Assembly (NCBI GenBank): GCA_964013405.1
Contig: CAXGWI010000001.1
Coordinates: forward strand, 1-64,000
DNA from: an uncultured Myxococcales bacterium
GTDB taxonomy: Bacteria > Myxococcota > UBA4151
Direction of reading: 5' to 3'
Length of the DNA stretch: 64,000 nucleotides
This document shows positions 18,771 to 29,128 of the stretch, in pieces; the first letter of the stretch is position 1, and every line of letters begins with the position of its first letter. Under the pieces are notes generated by a model. It saw only the letters and a list, made by a program, of their open reading frames with translations, was not told the DNA's origin and made no database searches. The position numbers and the translations under genes were made by a program.

Positions 18771-19520
18771 GGGGCCTTGAGCGATTCGGTGGGCCGGACC
18801 GGTCATCCATAACTGCCCGTTCGCAGCCGCTTCGAACCGCAGCAAACCACCGGGCAAGTGGGTGTCGACGGGCCACTGGGAACGCTGGGTTTCAACCGCG
18901 GCCCACGCAACAGCGGCTGCTCCGGTTCCACAGGCCTGGGTGATGCCGACGCCGCGCTCGAAATGCCGGACCTGCAGTCGATGGTCATGCCCATCGACGA
19001 AATGGACGTTGGTCCCATCGGGGAAACGGGCATCCGACTGCATTCGATGCCCAACATCGAGCAACGCGGCTTCGGGACCCACATCAAAGAAGACGGCATG
19101 GGGATTGCCCACATCAACGCCGAAAAACTTCAGTGAGTCCAGGGCTTGGAGTTCACCACCTGTTTCGGTCCACCACCTTGGCTCGCCAACCGTCACCGTG
19201 ACCGCCTTCTCATCGAGAGCACCCACTTGATGTCGCCCTGCATCGCTGTCGATACCGTTGCTCAAGTCGTGACCCCGCTCAACCAGATAGCGAACCGCGC
19301 AGCGCAGACCATTGCCGCACATTTCCGGTCGGCTGCCGTCCCGATTGAAGATGGTCATACGGGCCGGACCATCGGTCGGCGGCTCCACCAGCAACAGACC
19401 ATCGGCCGAAAGCCCCCGGCTCCCATCACACCACGAGGCCGGTGCCGTGTCCCGTGGCAAGGCCTCCAAGAGAATGAAGTCATTGCCCAGGCCCGACCAT
19501 TTCTCGTAGTTGCAGACCAA
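18756..19520 (-). CDS. dapF: Diaminopimelate epimerase
   Basis: GLGNDF, EMCGNGLRC, GNPH, ERGVGITQACGTG. Confidence 0.95.
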   Translation of the reverse strand: MVCNYEKWSGLGNDFILLEALPRDTAPASWCDGSRGLSADGLLLVEPPTDGPARMTIFNRDGSRPEMCGNGLRCAVRYLVERGHDLSNGIDSDAGRHQVGALDEKAVTVTVGEPRWWTETGGELQALDSLKFFGVDVGNPHAVFFDVGPEAALLDVGHRMQSDARFPDGTNVHFVDGHDHRLQVRHFERGVGITQACGTGAAAVAWAAVETQRSQWPVDTHLPGGLLRFEAAANGQLWMTGPAHRIAQGPLGLG

Positions 19521-19586
19521 GCTGGCCCCCTGGTTCGGTATCGTCTTCGCCTAACCATCGGATAACACCGCTCGTCGAGGAGAAAC

Positions 19587-20345
19587 ATGCGAATACGGTT
19601 TTCAGCCCTGTTGTTGTTGATCGGCTGCGCTCCCCTCACGCCCCGACCCCCGGCGCAACGGGTTGCGATCGAAACCGCTTTCACGGGTAAAAAGGTCTAC
19701 GCTCAATGCGCCCTCTATCGAGGCTGGTTTTGGGACGACCCGACCCGTGACCTGCTGGCTCCTCATCCCGTCGACCACCGCATCTGGGTCCTCAACCGAA
19801 AGGGGGACAACGTCCCAACCCGCCCAAGGCTCAGGCGAGTGCAGCCGGGGAGTATCTGGTTTGTCGAGCGCGTCTCTCACCCCATCGGCGTAGACCGCCT
19901 GAAGCGCCCGCTGATGAGCCCAAGGCACCTCACCTGGATCCACCTGCGTAAGGGTTCAAGCTTAGCGATCGTTCCCGTGCCCGAAAACGTGGTGGGCGAA
20001 GCCTCCGTGCGCATCTGGTTCGAGAACCAGTTTGGCGCCTCAGCCCCCACCGCATTGAACACAGCGCCCCCTGCCCATCGACAGGCTCTAAAACAGGGTC
20101 GAATTCTTGCGGGGATGGGGGCGGAGGAGGTTGAAGCCGCCCTGTGCAAACCGGATCAGATCTGGCGCGACCAATCCGTGAGCCCACCGGTTGAGAAATG
20201 GATTTATCTCAACCAGACCGGCGACCATTTGGCCGCAGTATTTTTGGCTGGCAAAGCCACGGGTCAGACGATTCGCATGACCCAAGAAGCCTACGAGGCG
20301 CTGCCCCGATCCGAGGCAGCGAAACCGGCTACTCCTCAGCCTTAA
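19587..20345 (+). CDS. Hypothetical lipoprotein with a C-terminal SmpA/BamE-like motif
   Basis: MRIRFSALLLLIGC lipobox; GMGAEEVEAALCKPD...EKWIY; GAGGAG RBS upstream. Confidence 0.65.
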   Translation: MRIRFSALLLLIGCAPLTPRPPAQRVAIETAFTGKKVYAQCALYRGWFWDDPTRDLLAPHPVDHRIWVLNRKGDNVPTRPRLRRVQPGSIWFVERVSHPIGVDRLKRPLMSPRHLTWIHLRKGSSLAIVPVPENVVGEASVRIWFENQFGASAPTALNTAPPAHRQALKQGRILAGMGAEEVEAALCKPDQIWRDQSVSPPVEKWIYLNQTGDHLAAVFLAGKATGQTIRMTQEAYEALPRSEAAKPATPQP

Positions 20346-22113
20346 AGGCCAGGTGTAACTCGTCCAGTTGACCCCCATCGATTCGACCCGGGGCCTGAAG
20401 CATCAGGTCTTGGGCTCGTAGCGTCTTTGGGAAGGCGATCACTTCCGGGATCGACTGAGCACCAACCATGAGCATCACCAAACGATCCACGCCCAGGGCA
20501 ATACCGCCATGGGGCGGCGGCCCGTAGCGAAAAGCGTCGAGAAGGAAGCCGAACTTCTCGTCCTGCTCTTCGGCCGACAAACCCAGGATCCGAAAGATCG
20601 CCTCTTGCATCTCCCGGTTGTGGATTCGGATCGAACCACTGCCCAACTCGTAGCCATTTAGAACCAAGTCATAGGCCTGACTGGGCCGTCCCACTGGATC
20701 GGCCTCTAAGGCTGCCGGGTCCGTTTCTTCCGGCGCTGTGAAGGGATGGTGGCTGGACAGTAAGGCGCCCGTCTCTTCATCCCGCTCGAAGAGTGGGAAC
20801 CGGGTCACCCAGCAAAAGGGGAAGGACTTGGGATCGGTGAAACCCAGTTGGGCGGCCAACTGCTTGCGCAGCGCGTTCAGGCTGGCGTTCACCACCTTTT
20901 CTTTGTCGGCAACAAAGAGCAATAAGTCGCCTGGCTGCCCCTCCAGTCGGGCTTGCAACGCCACGCCCGCATCGCCCTGGAAGAACCGTGCGATTCCCCC
21001 TTGGAACCCGTTCTCGGTGACCTTCGTCCAAGCGAGCCCCTTCGCACCATAGGGCTTCACGATCTCGATCAAAGCCTCAATCTGCTTACGGCTGCGTTCG
21101 GCCCCACCGGTCAGGCAGAGACCTTTCACTGCGCCGCCGGCCTCAAGGGTGCCCGTAAACACAGCGAATTCGCTACTCTCCACCAGATCGTCGACCCGTT
21201 TCAACTCCATGCCGAATCGAAGATCCGGTGCGTCGGAGCCAAAGCGCTCCATCGCTTCAGCGTATTCGATTCTCGGAAACGGGGTCGCGACGGTCACATC
21301 AAGGACCTTCTTGAAGGTGTGGGCCATCAAGCCCTCGATCACACCAAGCACCGAATCCACGGTCGCAAAGCTCATCTCCATATCGATTTGGGTGAACTCG
21401 GGTTGGCGGTCGGCCCGTAAATCTTCGTCGCGAAAGCAGCGGGCGATCTGAAAATAGCGATCGTATCCGGCGACCATGAAGAGCTGTTTAAAGAGTTGGG
21501 GGCTCTGAGGCAGAGCATAAAAAGTGTTAGGATGGACCCGGCTGGGCACAACGTAGTCCCGGGCACCTTCTGGTGTGGAACGGATCAGGAACGGGGTCTC
21601 CAACTCCAAGAAACCTTCCGTGTCCATGTACTCACGAACGGCCTGGTTGAAGCGGTGTCGCTGAACCAGGTTGTCCTGCATGCTCGGCCGGCGAAGGTCG
21701 AGGTAGCGATACTTCAAACGCAATTCTTCGGCTGCGTTCACATCGTCTCGAATCTCGAAAGGAGGTGTCTCGGATTCGGTCAGAATTTCCAGTTCGGTAG
21801 CCCGAACCTCGATGGCCCCTGTTTCCAGTTGGGCGTTGACGGTTCCACCATTGGCGACTCGGTCATCGACCCGCCCCCGAACTGCGATGACCCATTCGTG
21901 GCGCAAGCGCCGAGCCTGGGCATCCAAGGCCGCATCGAGCTCTTGCCCAAAGACAACCTGGGTCACGCCCCCGCGGTCCCGCAGGTCGATAAATCGCCGA
22001 CCGCCTAAGTCCCGCCAGGCATCCACCCAGCCCATCAGGATGACTTCTTCACCGGCCTGTTCCAGGCGCAGAGCACCACAATCGTGGGTTCTTCCGACTT
22101 CGAGTAGGGACAT
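20329..22113 (-). CDS. aspS: Aspartate--tRNA ligase
   Basis: RTHDCG, LKYRYLDLRR, TPEGARDY, LPQSPQLFKQ, DRQPEFTQIDME, GPPPHGGIALGVDRL. Confidence 0.98.
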   Translation of the reverse strand: MSLLEVGRTHDCGALRLEQAGEEVILMGWVDAWRDLGGRRFIDLRDRGGVTQVVFGQELDAALDAQARRLRHEWVIAVRGRVDDRVANGGTVNAQLETGAIEVRATELEILTESETPPFEIRDDVNAAEELRLKYRYLDLRRPSMQDNLVQRHRFNQAVREYMDTEGFLELETPFLIRSTPEGARDYVVPSRVHPNTFYALPQSPQLFKQLFMVAGYDRYFQIARCFRDEDLRADRQPEFTQIDMEMSFATVDSVLGVIEGLMAHTFKKVLDVTVATPFPRIEYAEAMERFGSDAPDLRFGMELKRVDDLVESSEFAVFTGTLEAGGAVKGLCLTGGAERSRKQIEALIEIVKPYGAKGLAWTKVTENGFQGGIARFFQGDAGVALQARLEGQPGDLLLFVADKEKVVNASLNALRKQLAAQLGFTDPKSFPFCWVTRFPLFERDEETGALLSSHHPFTAPEETDPAALEADPVGRPSQAYDLVLNGYELGSGSIRIHNREMQEAIFRILGLSAEEQDEKFGFLLDAFRYGPPPHGGIALGVDRLVMLMVGAQSIPEVIAFPKTLRAQDLMLQAPGRIDGGQLDELHLAFKAEE

Positions 22114-22180
22114 CGAACCACCTCCGGGAGCGCCCGCTAGCGCGAAGCAGCCCCCTTGGGAAGGAGAAGGAAGCGGTCCT

Positions 22181-22735
22181 CTAGGTGACGCCAGCCATCA
22201 AGCCTAAATAAATGAAGGTCCGTGGAATTCGCAGGGCCATGCCGAGAAGGCAGGACCGCAAGGGGAAACTCATCGCTCCAGCCAACCAACAGACCGGACA
22301 ATAGGGTACGGGTGTCACCGCTGCGACGGCCAGCCACGTCGGCCCTTGGGCACGCATGGGTTGGAACCAAGGTTTATCCTTAAACCGCTCGATCACCCCC
22401 AACCCACGACCGAAGCTCCGTCCCAAGCCGTAGCCGCAAAGACCCGCAAAGGTGCTCGCCAAGCCACCGAGGATGGCGAGAAGCCACCACGGCTCGCCCG
22501 CGGCCAGGGGGAAGAACAAAACCGTTTCGAAGGGAAAGCCCGGGGTAAAGGTGTCGATCAACACCACCAGGACCAGAATACCGGCAAGCCCCCAGTGGGC
22601 CAGCATCCATCGCCCGAGGGCCTCGACCTGATGACCGTAGAACTGACTGGCCAAAAAGGCCGCCGCCATGAAGACCAGAAGCCCAATGATCAATTGGGGC
22701 CAAGGAAGGCGATATTCAACCGTGGGTTCAGCCAC
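22181..22735 (-). CDS. DedA/YqaA (VTT-domain) membrane protein
   Basis: Multiple TM segments; GGLASTFAGLCGYGLGR; AAVTPVPY; RIPR. Confidence 0.75.
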   Translation of the reverse strand: MAEPTVEYRLPWPQLIIGLLVFMAAAFLASQFYGHQVEALGRWMLAHWGLAGILVLVVLIDTFTPGFPFETVLFFPLAAGEPWWLLAILGGLASTFAGLCGYGLGRSFGRGLGVIERFKDKPWFQPMRAQGPTWLAVAAVTPVPYCPVCWLAGAMSFPLRSCLLGMALRIPRTFIYLGLMAGVT

Positions 22736-23207
22736 CGCGCTTCAGCACTCGGGCGATCTGCCGCTTTGCGTCCCGATCTTTGATGTCGGCTCGCTTGTCG
22801 CGCTGGCTTTTCGAGGGACCAAGTCCCACCAAGATCTTCACCCGGCCCCCTTTAAAGTAGAGCCTCAAAGGGACGACATAGAGACCATCCCTCTGGGTCG
22901 CCTTGTGTAATCGGTCCAACTCTCGCCGGTGCAAGAGCAGTTTACGGCGCCGGTCGGGCACGTGGTTATTGTGCCCTCCACCCGGCTTCCAGGGCTCGAT
23001 CCGGGCGCCGATGAGAAACAGCTCATCGCCGATGAAGAAGCAATAACTCTCCGCAAGGCTCACCTGCCCAGCGCGGATGGATTTCACCTCGCTACCGACG
23101 AGACAAATCCCAGCCTCAAAATCTGACTGAATAGCGTAGTTGTGTCGCGCCCGGCGATTCTCAACGGTCGGGTTTGTCGATCCTGACTTTTTAGCCTTCT
23201 TCGACAC
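22728..23207 (-). CDS. smpB: SsrA-binding protein
   Basis: ENRRARHNY, EAGICLVGSEVKSIR, RRKLLLHRRE, DKRADIKDRD. Confidence 0.97.
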   Translation of the reverse strand: MSKKAKKSGSTNPTVENRRARHNYAIQSDFEAGICLVGSEVKSIRAGQVSLAESYCFFIGDELFLIGARIEPWKPGGGHNNHVPDRRRKLLLHRRELDRLHKATQRDGLYVVPLRLYFKGGRVKILVGLGPSKSQRDKRADIKDRDAKRQIARVLKRGG

Positions 23208-24048
23208 GATGCTCCGAGGTCGTCTCCGATCGGACAGAGAGCCCCGGCGTCGAGAAACTCTCCTCAGTCGCCGGGAAACTTCGGTCCTTCACGGCTGCCA
23301 CGTACTCAGCCATCGCCCCCCGAAGCAAGCCATAGCCGTCGACGAATTGCCGAACAAACCGCGGGCTAAAGTCCGGATTCATGCCCAGTAAGTCCGTGCA
23401 GACCAAGACTTGTCCATCACAGTTGACCCCCGCACCGATGCCGATGGTCGGCACAGAGATTTCAGCGGTGACCTGCGCTGCCAACTCCCGGGGCATGCCC
23501 TCAAGAACGATCATGAAAACCCCCGCTTGCACCAAGGCCTGGGCGTCATCGAGGATCTGTCGAGCGGCCGTGCTGGAGCGACCTTGAACCTTGAAGCCAC
23601 CGAACGCATTCACGCTCTGAGGTGTTAAACCGAGATGGCCGCAGACCGGGATCCCAGCGGCGACGATGGCCGCGACCTGATCAACGACGGCGATGCCCCC
23701 TTCAAGTTTAACTGCTTCCGCTCGCCCTTCTTGGACCAGACGCCCTGCGTTACGAACGGCCTCCTCCACACTGGTCTGGTAGCTCATGAACGGCAGGTCG
23801 GCGATGAGGAAGGGACGAGGAGCCCCCCTCCGAACGGCCCGGCAGTGGTAAGCCACATGCTCTACGGTCACTTCGAGGGTGTTGTCTTGCCCCCCGACAA
23901 CCATACCAAGGGAGTCGCCTACGAGAATACAATCGACCCCTGCATCATCCACGATGCGGGCCATCGTCGCGTCATAGGCGGTGGTCATGGTCAGGGTCGC
24001 CGAATCATTTTTGGCAGCGACCAAATCGAGGATAGTGACCTTTTTCAC
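23191..24048 (-). CDS. panB: 3-methyl-2-oxobutanoate hydroxymethyltransferase
   Basis: TAYD, LVGDSLGM, ADLPFMSY, AVKLEGG, GHLGLTPQS, GIGAG..CDGQVLV; GGAGG RBS. Confidence 0.97.
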   Translation of the reverse strand: MKKVTILDLVAAKNDSATLTMTTAYDATMARIVDDAGVDCILVGDSLGMVVGGQDNTLEVTVEHVAYHCRAVRRGAPRPFLIADLPFMSYQTSVEEAVRNAGRLVQEGRAEAVKLEGGIAVVDQVAAIVAAGIPVCGHLGLTPQSVNAFGGFKVQGRSSTAARQILDDAQALVQAGVFMIVLEGMPRELAAQVTAEISVPTIGIGAGVNCDGQVLVCTDLLGMNPDFSPRFVRQFVDGYGLLRGAMAEYVAAVKDRSFPATEESFSTPGLSVRSETTSEHRVEEG

Positions 24049-24153
24049 GGGTTCACCTCCAATTGTCTTTGGCCCCTTTGCCTCCGATCAACACTGGTCG
24101 AGATCCATGGGGAGGATTCCCGCCAAAACCTTCAGCTGGGGCAGCACCTTTTG

Positions 24154-24759
24154 CTAGATCGTTGGAACGGCGTCCAGAACCTTTCTACAGACACGATCGA
24201 GGGCCGCTGGATCCTTACGATAGTCCAACTCATCGGTATCGATGATCAGTAGAGGCGCCTCATCGTAATGCGCAAAGAACTCTTCATAGGTATCTACCAG
24301 CTCCTTCAAGTAATCCAGAGTCATGGCCGTTTCGTAATCCTTGGCCCGGGTCCGGACTCGATCCATCAACAATTCCGGTTGGGCCCGCAAATAGACGACG
24401 AGGTCAGGCTTTGGCACCCGTTCGACCAGGGCCTGGTAGACCGTAAAATAGAGATCTAACTCGTCGGCAGCCAGCGTCATGCGAGCGAAGATCGTGTCCC
24501 GACTAAAGACGTAATCACCCAAGAAGTAATCACTAAACAGGTCGCCTTGGAGAATCTCCTGCTGCTGGCGGTAACGACTCAACAAAAAGAAGATCTGCGC
24601 TTGAAAGGCGTAGCGTTCCTTGTCCCGATAGAAATTGCCGAGAAAGGGGTTATCATCCGCTTTTTCGAGAATCCTCGTCGCTTTGACCCGCTCGGCAATT
24701 GCGTTCACCAGGGTCGTCTTTCCCGCACCGATAGGACCTTCAAAGCCGATGTAGCGCAT
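24154..24759 (-). CDS. Deoxynucleoside kinase (dgk/dck family)
   Basis: IGFEGPIGAGKTTL, NPFLGNFYRD, QIFFLLSRYRQ, PKPDLVVYL. Confidence 0.92.
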   Translation of the reverse strand: MRYIGFEGPIGAGKTTLVNAIAERVKATRILEKADDNPFLGNFYRDKERYAFQAQIFFLLSRYRQQQEILQGDLFSDYFLGDYVFSRDTIFARMTLAADELDLYFTVYQALVERVPKPDLVVYLRAQPELLMDRVRTRAKDYETAMTLDYLKELVDTYEEFFAHYDEAPLLIIDTDELDYRKDPAALDRVCRKVLDAVPTI

Positions 24760-24805
24760 GGGACTCCCCGGCCTGCTTGCGGCGGCTGGTTTGGTTAGCT
24801 GCCCC

Positions 24806-25627
24806 TCAGTTGAGGATCAAGGCCTTGGTGAGATCACTGAGCTGCTCCACACTCAAGCGCTCACCACGGATGCGAGGGTCGATCCCGAGCCCACCAAGGG
24901 CTGCGTCGATCTCCTCGATGGGCCGAGGGATCCCCTTCTTGAGGTTGTTCCGGAGTGTCTTGCGCCGCTCAGCGAAGACGACCCGGACCATCTCGGAGAA
25001 GTCCTCGTCGGCCAAGCCGTCAGCTTCGGGCCGGGGGCTGAGCGCAACGACGGCCGAGTCCACTTTGGGAGGCGGGTAGAAACAACTTGGGGACACCTCA
25101 CCGACCCACTGGACCGTACAGAGCCGAGCAACCCGAGCACTCAGACCACTCCAATGGGGTGATTCAGGGGCCGTCGCAGCGACCCGCTGGGCGACCTCCT
25201 TTTGAAACATCAACACCGCCCTGGACCAAACGGAACGCTGGGCGAGGAGATGGAATAAGATGCGTGAACTGATGTGGTAGGGCAGGTTTCCGACGACGGT
25301 CCAGGGGCCTTCTTCTTCGCTAATCGTGTAGGTGAGCGCGTTGGTCTCAACCACTTCGAAACCGGCCGCATCGGCGAAGCGCTCCCGCAGCAGGGGCACC
25401 AAGTCCCGGTCCCGCTCGACGGCCAGCACTCGGTCTCTCCGAGTCAGCAGGGCTGCGGTCAAGTCCCCAAGACCGGCGCCGATCTCCAAAACCGGCTGCC
25501 CCTCTAGGCCGCGCACGGTGGCCTCGGCGATCTTCGCCTGAGTCCCCTGATCATGGAGAAAGTTCTGCCCCCAGGCTTTTTTGGCCCAAAGACCCGCGGC
25601 CTGAAGTCGTTTTTTGGGGTGGCTCAG
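24806..25627 (-). CDS. rsmA: 16S rRNA m6,2A dimethyltransferase KsgA (probable CTG start)
   Basis: [10 protein letters not shown] lies upstream of the track's start; [39 protein letters not shown]. The start is inferred. Confidence 0.9.
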   Translation of the reverse strand: MSHPKKRLQAAGLWAKKAWGQNFLHDQGTQAKIAEATVRGLEGQPVLEIGAGLGDLTAALLTRRDRVLAVERDRDLVPLLRERFADAAGFEVVETNALTYTISEEEGPWTVVGNLPYHISSRILFHLLAQRSVWSRAVLMFQKEVAQRVAATAPESPHWSGLSARVARLCTVQWVGEVSPSCFYPPPKVDSAVVALSPRPEADGLADEDFSEMVRVVFAERRKTLRNNLKKGIPRPIEEIDAALGGLGIDPRIRGERLSVEQLSDLTKALILN

Positions 25628-25884
25628 ACTTCGCTCTGCTTGGCGAGATAGTCGGCCCGCAGATCCTCGACCGGGCGACGCAAAGACGTGCCCACATCCT
25701 TCGCAAACCGAGCGTGGTTCGCCGCAACTTCGCGCAGCGCCAACACGGTTTCCTTGTTCTTCGCATGCTCGACGGTCGGGGTGTCCCCCTTGATCAGGTC
25801 ACGGGCTCGGCGGCTCGCCAAGTGAACCAGTGCAAAACGGTTGGGAACCACTTCGAGACAATCTTCAACGGTAACGCGGGCCAT
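25624..25884 (-). CDS. rpoZ: RNA polymerase omega subunit
   Basis: [28 protein letters not shown]...[12 protein letters not shown]. Confidence 0.97.
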   Translation of the reverse strand: MARVTVEDCLEVVPNRFALVHLASRRARDLIKGDTPTVEHAKNKETVLALREVAANHARFAKDVGTSLRRPVEDLRADYLAKQSEV

Positions 25885-26002
25885 TTAATGCTCCGAAGGA
25901 CTAGGCGGCGCTCTCTACAGGGGCATCCCATTGTGATCAAGGGCCGATTGGTGAGGCCTCGCCGGGGCTCGCCAGGGCAAAGTCTTCGAACTCAAACTCG
26001 GA

Positions 26003-28087
26003 CTAATAGGCGAGCAGGTCTCGAATCCCCTGGGTGATCTGCGCCTCATTAACCATCCGGGCGTCCTCAAGAATCCGACTAAAGGCCACGGGCGCCTCTT
26101 TGGAAGTCACGCGGGTCACCGGCGCATCCAGCCAATCGAAGGCATTCTGAGCAATCCACGCGGAGACTTCACCGGCGAAGGTGCCAAATGGGCTGTCCTC
26201 GCTGGCAACGATCACGCGACCGGTCTTTTTCACCGTTTCCAAGACCGCCGCTTCATCGAAGGGCTTGATGCTGCGCAGATCGAGGACCTCTACATCGATC
26301 CCCTCGGCTTCTAACTTCTTGGCGCTGCGTAGGGCGAAGTGCACTGGAATCCCGTAAGTGATCACGCTGATGTGCGTGCCTGGACGACGAATCTTCGCCT
26401 TGCCAAAAGGGATGGCATAATCATCGCTGACCTTGGGTCCTTGGGCGAAGATCTGATTGTAGAGAAACTTAGGCTCCAGGAAGAAGTTAAGCCCTCGACT
26501 CCGCATGCAGGTTCTGAGCAGGCCGGCAGCATCGTCTGCGAACGCAGGCATCACCAACCGCACCCCGGGCAGGGCACTGAACAAGCCCTCCACCGTTTGG
26601 CTGTGATAGAGCCCGCCGCCGATGTAGGCGCAGGAGGCGAGACGGGCGGTAATCGCCGGCGAATAGACACCATTGCTGCGATAATAGTCGTGGCTGGTCT
26701 CGACGATTTGCTCCATGGCGGGCCAAACGTAATCGGCGAACTGGGCCGCCTCGATCACCACGGCGATATCGTCTTTATAGCGGCACATGCCGTTGGCCGT
26801 ACCCACGATGAAATCCTCGGCGATGGGGGCGTTGCGCACCCGACCGGCACCAAACTCTTGAAGCAGGCCTTTGGTGACATTGAAGACACCGCCCTTTTCC
26901 TTGCTGGCGCAATCTTGGCCCCAGACGAAGGTATCCGGGTTGTGACGAAATTCCGCCTTTAAGGTCTCGTTGATGGCCTCGCGAATCCGCCACTTCTCCT
27001 CAGTGTTTAGGAGCGCGACATCGTCGTTCCCCTCATAGCCTGGCGGTGTGACGTAATCGAGGACAGTGGCCGGGTCCGGGGTTGCCGCCGCCTCAGCCTT
27101 CTTTTGCATTTCTGCGAGATCAGCGTCGTTGGTCGCCTCAAGCTCTGTCAGGGATTTTTCCGTGGCGATCTTTGATTTGATCAAGTGGGCACGAAAGGCC
27201 GGCAAAGGGTCCATTTCGGCGACCGCAGCAAGTTCTTCCTCATCCCGATACAAGGTCTGGCGGTCCGAATTGGAGTGGGCGTCGATCCGCACACAGTCCG
27301 CCTCGATCAATGCGGGGCCTGCTCCGGAGCGAATGTACTCAAGGCAGTTTTGTACGCCACGCCAGCAATCATAGGGATCCCCGCCATCGACGACTTCGAT
27401 GTGAAGATTCCCCAATCCACTAAAGTTCTTGGAGATTTGCTCGTGGTTTGCCGTGGAGTTCGAAAGGGGAACCGAGATTCCATAGTGATTATTTTGGATC
27501 ACGAAGAGCACCGGCAGCTTTTCGTTGCTGGCGCCATTCAAAGCCTCAAAGCAATAGCCCTCGCTGGTGGCCGAGTCGCCGGTACTGGCAACGGCAATCG
27601 CTGTGTCGGCAACGTCAACGCCCTCCAACTCACGGTAGTACTTGATCGCTCGGGCTGTGCCGACGGCGTGCAGGTAGTGGTTGCCCGTGCAGGAACTCAC
27701 GTTCTGAATGCCGATCTCTGGTTTACCGAAGTGGTTGGACATGTGCCGACCGCCGGAAACAGGATCATCGGCCCGAGAGAGCCCGTTCAGGATCAACTCG
27801 TAGAGGCTCACACCACCAGCAAGGTTGGTGAGCGTGTCCCGATAATAGGGAAACATGAAGTCGGTCCCACCGCGGAAGGCCAGCCCCACATGCAACTGAA
27901 TCCCATCGTGGCCGGCAAAAGCAGCGTGATAGCCCCATCCCATGCCCTTGCGGATGTACTTCCGAGCCTCGTCGTCAAGACGACGCCCTCGATGCATCAA
28001 GCGGTACCACTCCACTTGCTCCGCCTTGGTGGGGGCCTTTAGGTTCCCGCCGGTTTTGAAGCTGCGCAGCTTTGGCTTCGCCATCAC
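26003..28087 (-). CDS. 2-oxoacid dehydrogenase E1, fused alpha+beta subunits
   Basis: PYYRD; TPP motif GDSATSEG...NN; HSNSD; GGVFNVT; GGGLYHSQ; FLEPK; EVLDLRSI. Substrate not determinable from sequence. Confidence 0.93.
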   Translation of the reverse strand: MMAKPKLRSFKTGGNLKAPTKAEQVEWYRLMHRGRRLDDEARKYIRKGMGWGYHAAFAGHDGIQLHVGLAFRGGTDFMFPYYRDTLTNLAGGVSLYELILNGLSRADDPVSGGRHMSNHFGKPEIGIQNVSSCTGNHYLHAVGTARAIKYYRELEGVDVADTAIAVASTGDSATSEGYCFEALNGASNEKLPVLFVIQNNHYGISVPLSNSTANHEQISKNFSGLGNLHIEVVDGGDPYDCWRGVQNCLEYIRSGAGPALIEADCVRIDAHSNSDRQTLYRDEEELAAVAEMDPLPAFRAHLIKSKIATEKSLTELEATNDADLAEMQKKAEAAATPDPATVLDYVTPPGYEGNDDVALLNTEEKWRIREAINETLKAEFRHNPDTFVWGQDCASKEKGGVFNVTKGLLQEFGAGRVRNAPIAEDFIVGTANGMCRYKDDIAVVIEAAQFADYVWPAMEQIVETSHDYYRSNGVYSPAITARLASCAYIGGGLYHSQTVEGLFSALPGVRLVMPAFADDAAGLLRTCMRSRGLNFFLEPKFLYNQIFAQGPKVSDDYAIPFGKAKIRRPGTHISVITYGIPVHFALRSAKKLEAEGIDVEVLDLRSIKPFDEAAVLETVKKTGRVIVASEDSPFGTFAGEVSAWIAQNAFDWLDAPVTRVTSKEAPVAFSRILEDARMVNEAQITQGIRDLLAY

Positions 28088-28144
28088 ACTCTCCCTTACG
28101 GATGCTCTCTAGCGCGGTCGGAGGCTGGCCTCCAGTGACCGCCC

Positions 28145-28987
28145 CTATTTCACAGTGACTTTAATCGTGGTGGACAGCTCGTCACCGTAGCTCTGGTGCA
28201 GGCCATCGGCGAACTGCAAGGTCAGCGTATGCTCTCCAGGTTCCAGTTCCACCGTCGCCGTGGTTTGACCGCTGCCATAATGCTTGTGCTGGGCATCGGA
28301 GGGCACCACCTGGCCCAAAGCGATCGGCTTGCCATCGATGATGAGGTGATGGTGCCCTTTCGTTTTGTCCTGGGCATTTTGCCCCGCTGGACTGAGTTCC
28401 ATGCCATCGAGGCCGAAATTGACTGTGAGCGGACTCTGAACCGTGTCGCCATCTTTGAGCCCAACGAAATAAACTCGCCGGTGGACGGCTTTGCCCACCA
28501 CTTCAATATTCACAGAACTGGCCCACTCAGGACCAAAACTGCGATGGGCTCCATCGGCGAAGAGCAAGGTGATCTTGTGTTTACCGAGGGGCAAATCCAA
28601 GGGGGCGCTGGTCTGTCCTTTGCCAAAATGAATGTGCTTTTTATCCGATGGAATCACGGTCCCTGCGGGAATCGTGTCGGTATCCACCAACAGATGAAAG
28701 TGGCCCTTGTCCGGGTTTTCCGGCTCCGTGCCCGCCGGGGCGACGGTCTTGCCGTGGATTCGAAACTGCAATTCAAAGCCCTGGGGTAACTTGGCCCCAT
28801 CACGCACATTGAAGCGGACGCCTTGAGGCTGAGCCGGTTGAGGCGGCGTTACCTCTTGCGTGGCAACATTTTTCTCGGCCGGGGCCGCTGCTTTTTTCTC
28901 TGTCTTTTGATTGGGCTTCTCCGCCTTTTTGCTGGTGCAGGAAGCAACGAGAAAAACCAGCGCAACGGCTGCGATTGGACGGATCAT
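28145..28987 (-). CDS. Lipoprotein with two tandem DUF4399-like domains
   Basis: LVASC lipobox; GGAGG RBS 5 nt before ATG 28987; two copies of GH[F/H]HL..D...H[F/Y]GxGQT...L.PG.H..TL.FADG.H. Confidence 0.85.
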   Translation of the reverse strand: MIRPIAAVALVFLVASCTSKKAEKPNQKTEKKAAAPAEKNVATQEVTPPQPAQPQGVRFNVRDGAKLPQGFELQFRIHGKTVAPAGTEPENPDKGHFHLLVDTDTIPAGTVIPSDKKHIHFGKGQTSAPLDLPLGKHKITLLFADGAHRSFGPEWASSVNIEVVGKAVHRRVYFVGLKDGDTVQSPLTVNFGLDGMELSPAGQNAQDKTKGHHHLIIDGKPIALGQVVPSDAQHKHYGSGQTTATVELEPGEHTLTLQFADGLHQSYGDELSTTIKVTVK

Positions 28988-29128
28988 ATCCACCTCCGTG
29001 TGGCGCGGTCCTTACCCCGGCTTTTAGACGCTGACTAGCCAGTGATGCGCAAGCTTAACAACGGGTGATCGAAGGCCTCATCCTCGGCTCGTCGCAGAGG
29101 ACGACCTCGGCTTAGCCACAAGTCCCTT

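Noticed and set aside
22114..23207. tmRNA gene next to smpB
   Set aside because: The flanks are fully coding or too short, and no tRNA-like ends were seen.
24049..24153. pan RNA motif or riboswitch upstream of panB
   Set aside because: Only a weak bulged hairpin is visible and I cannot match it to the motif. An Infernal/Rfam search would settle it.
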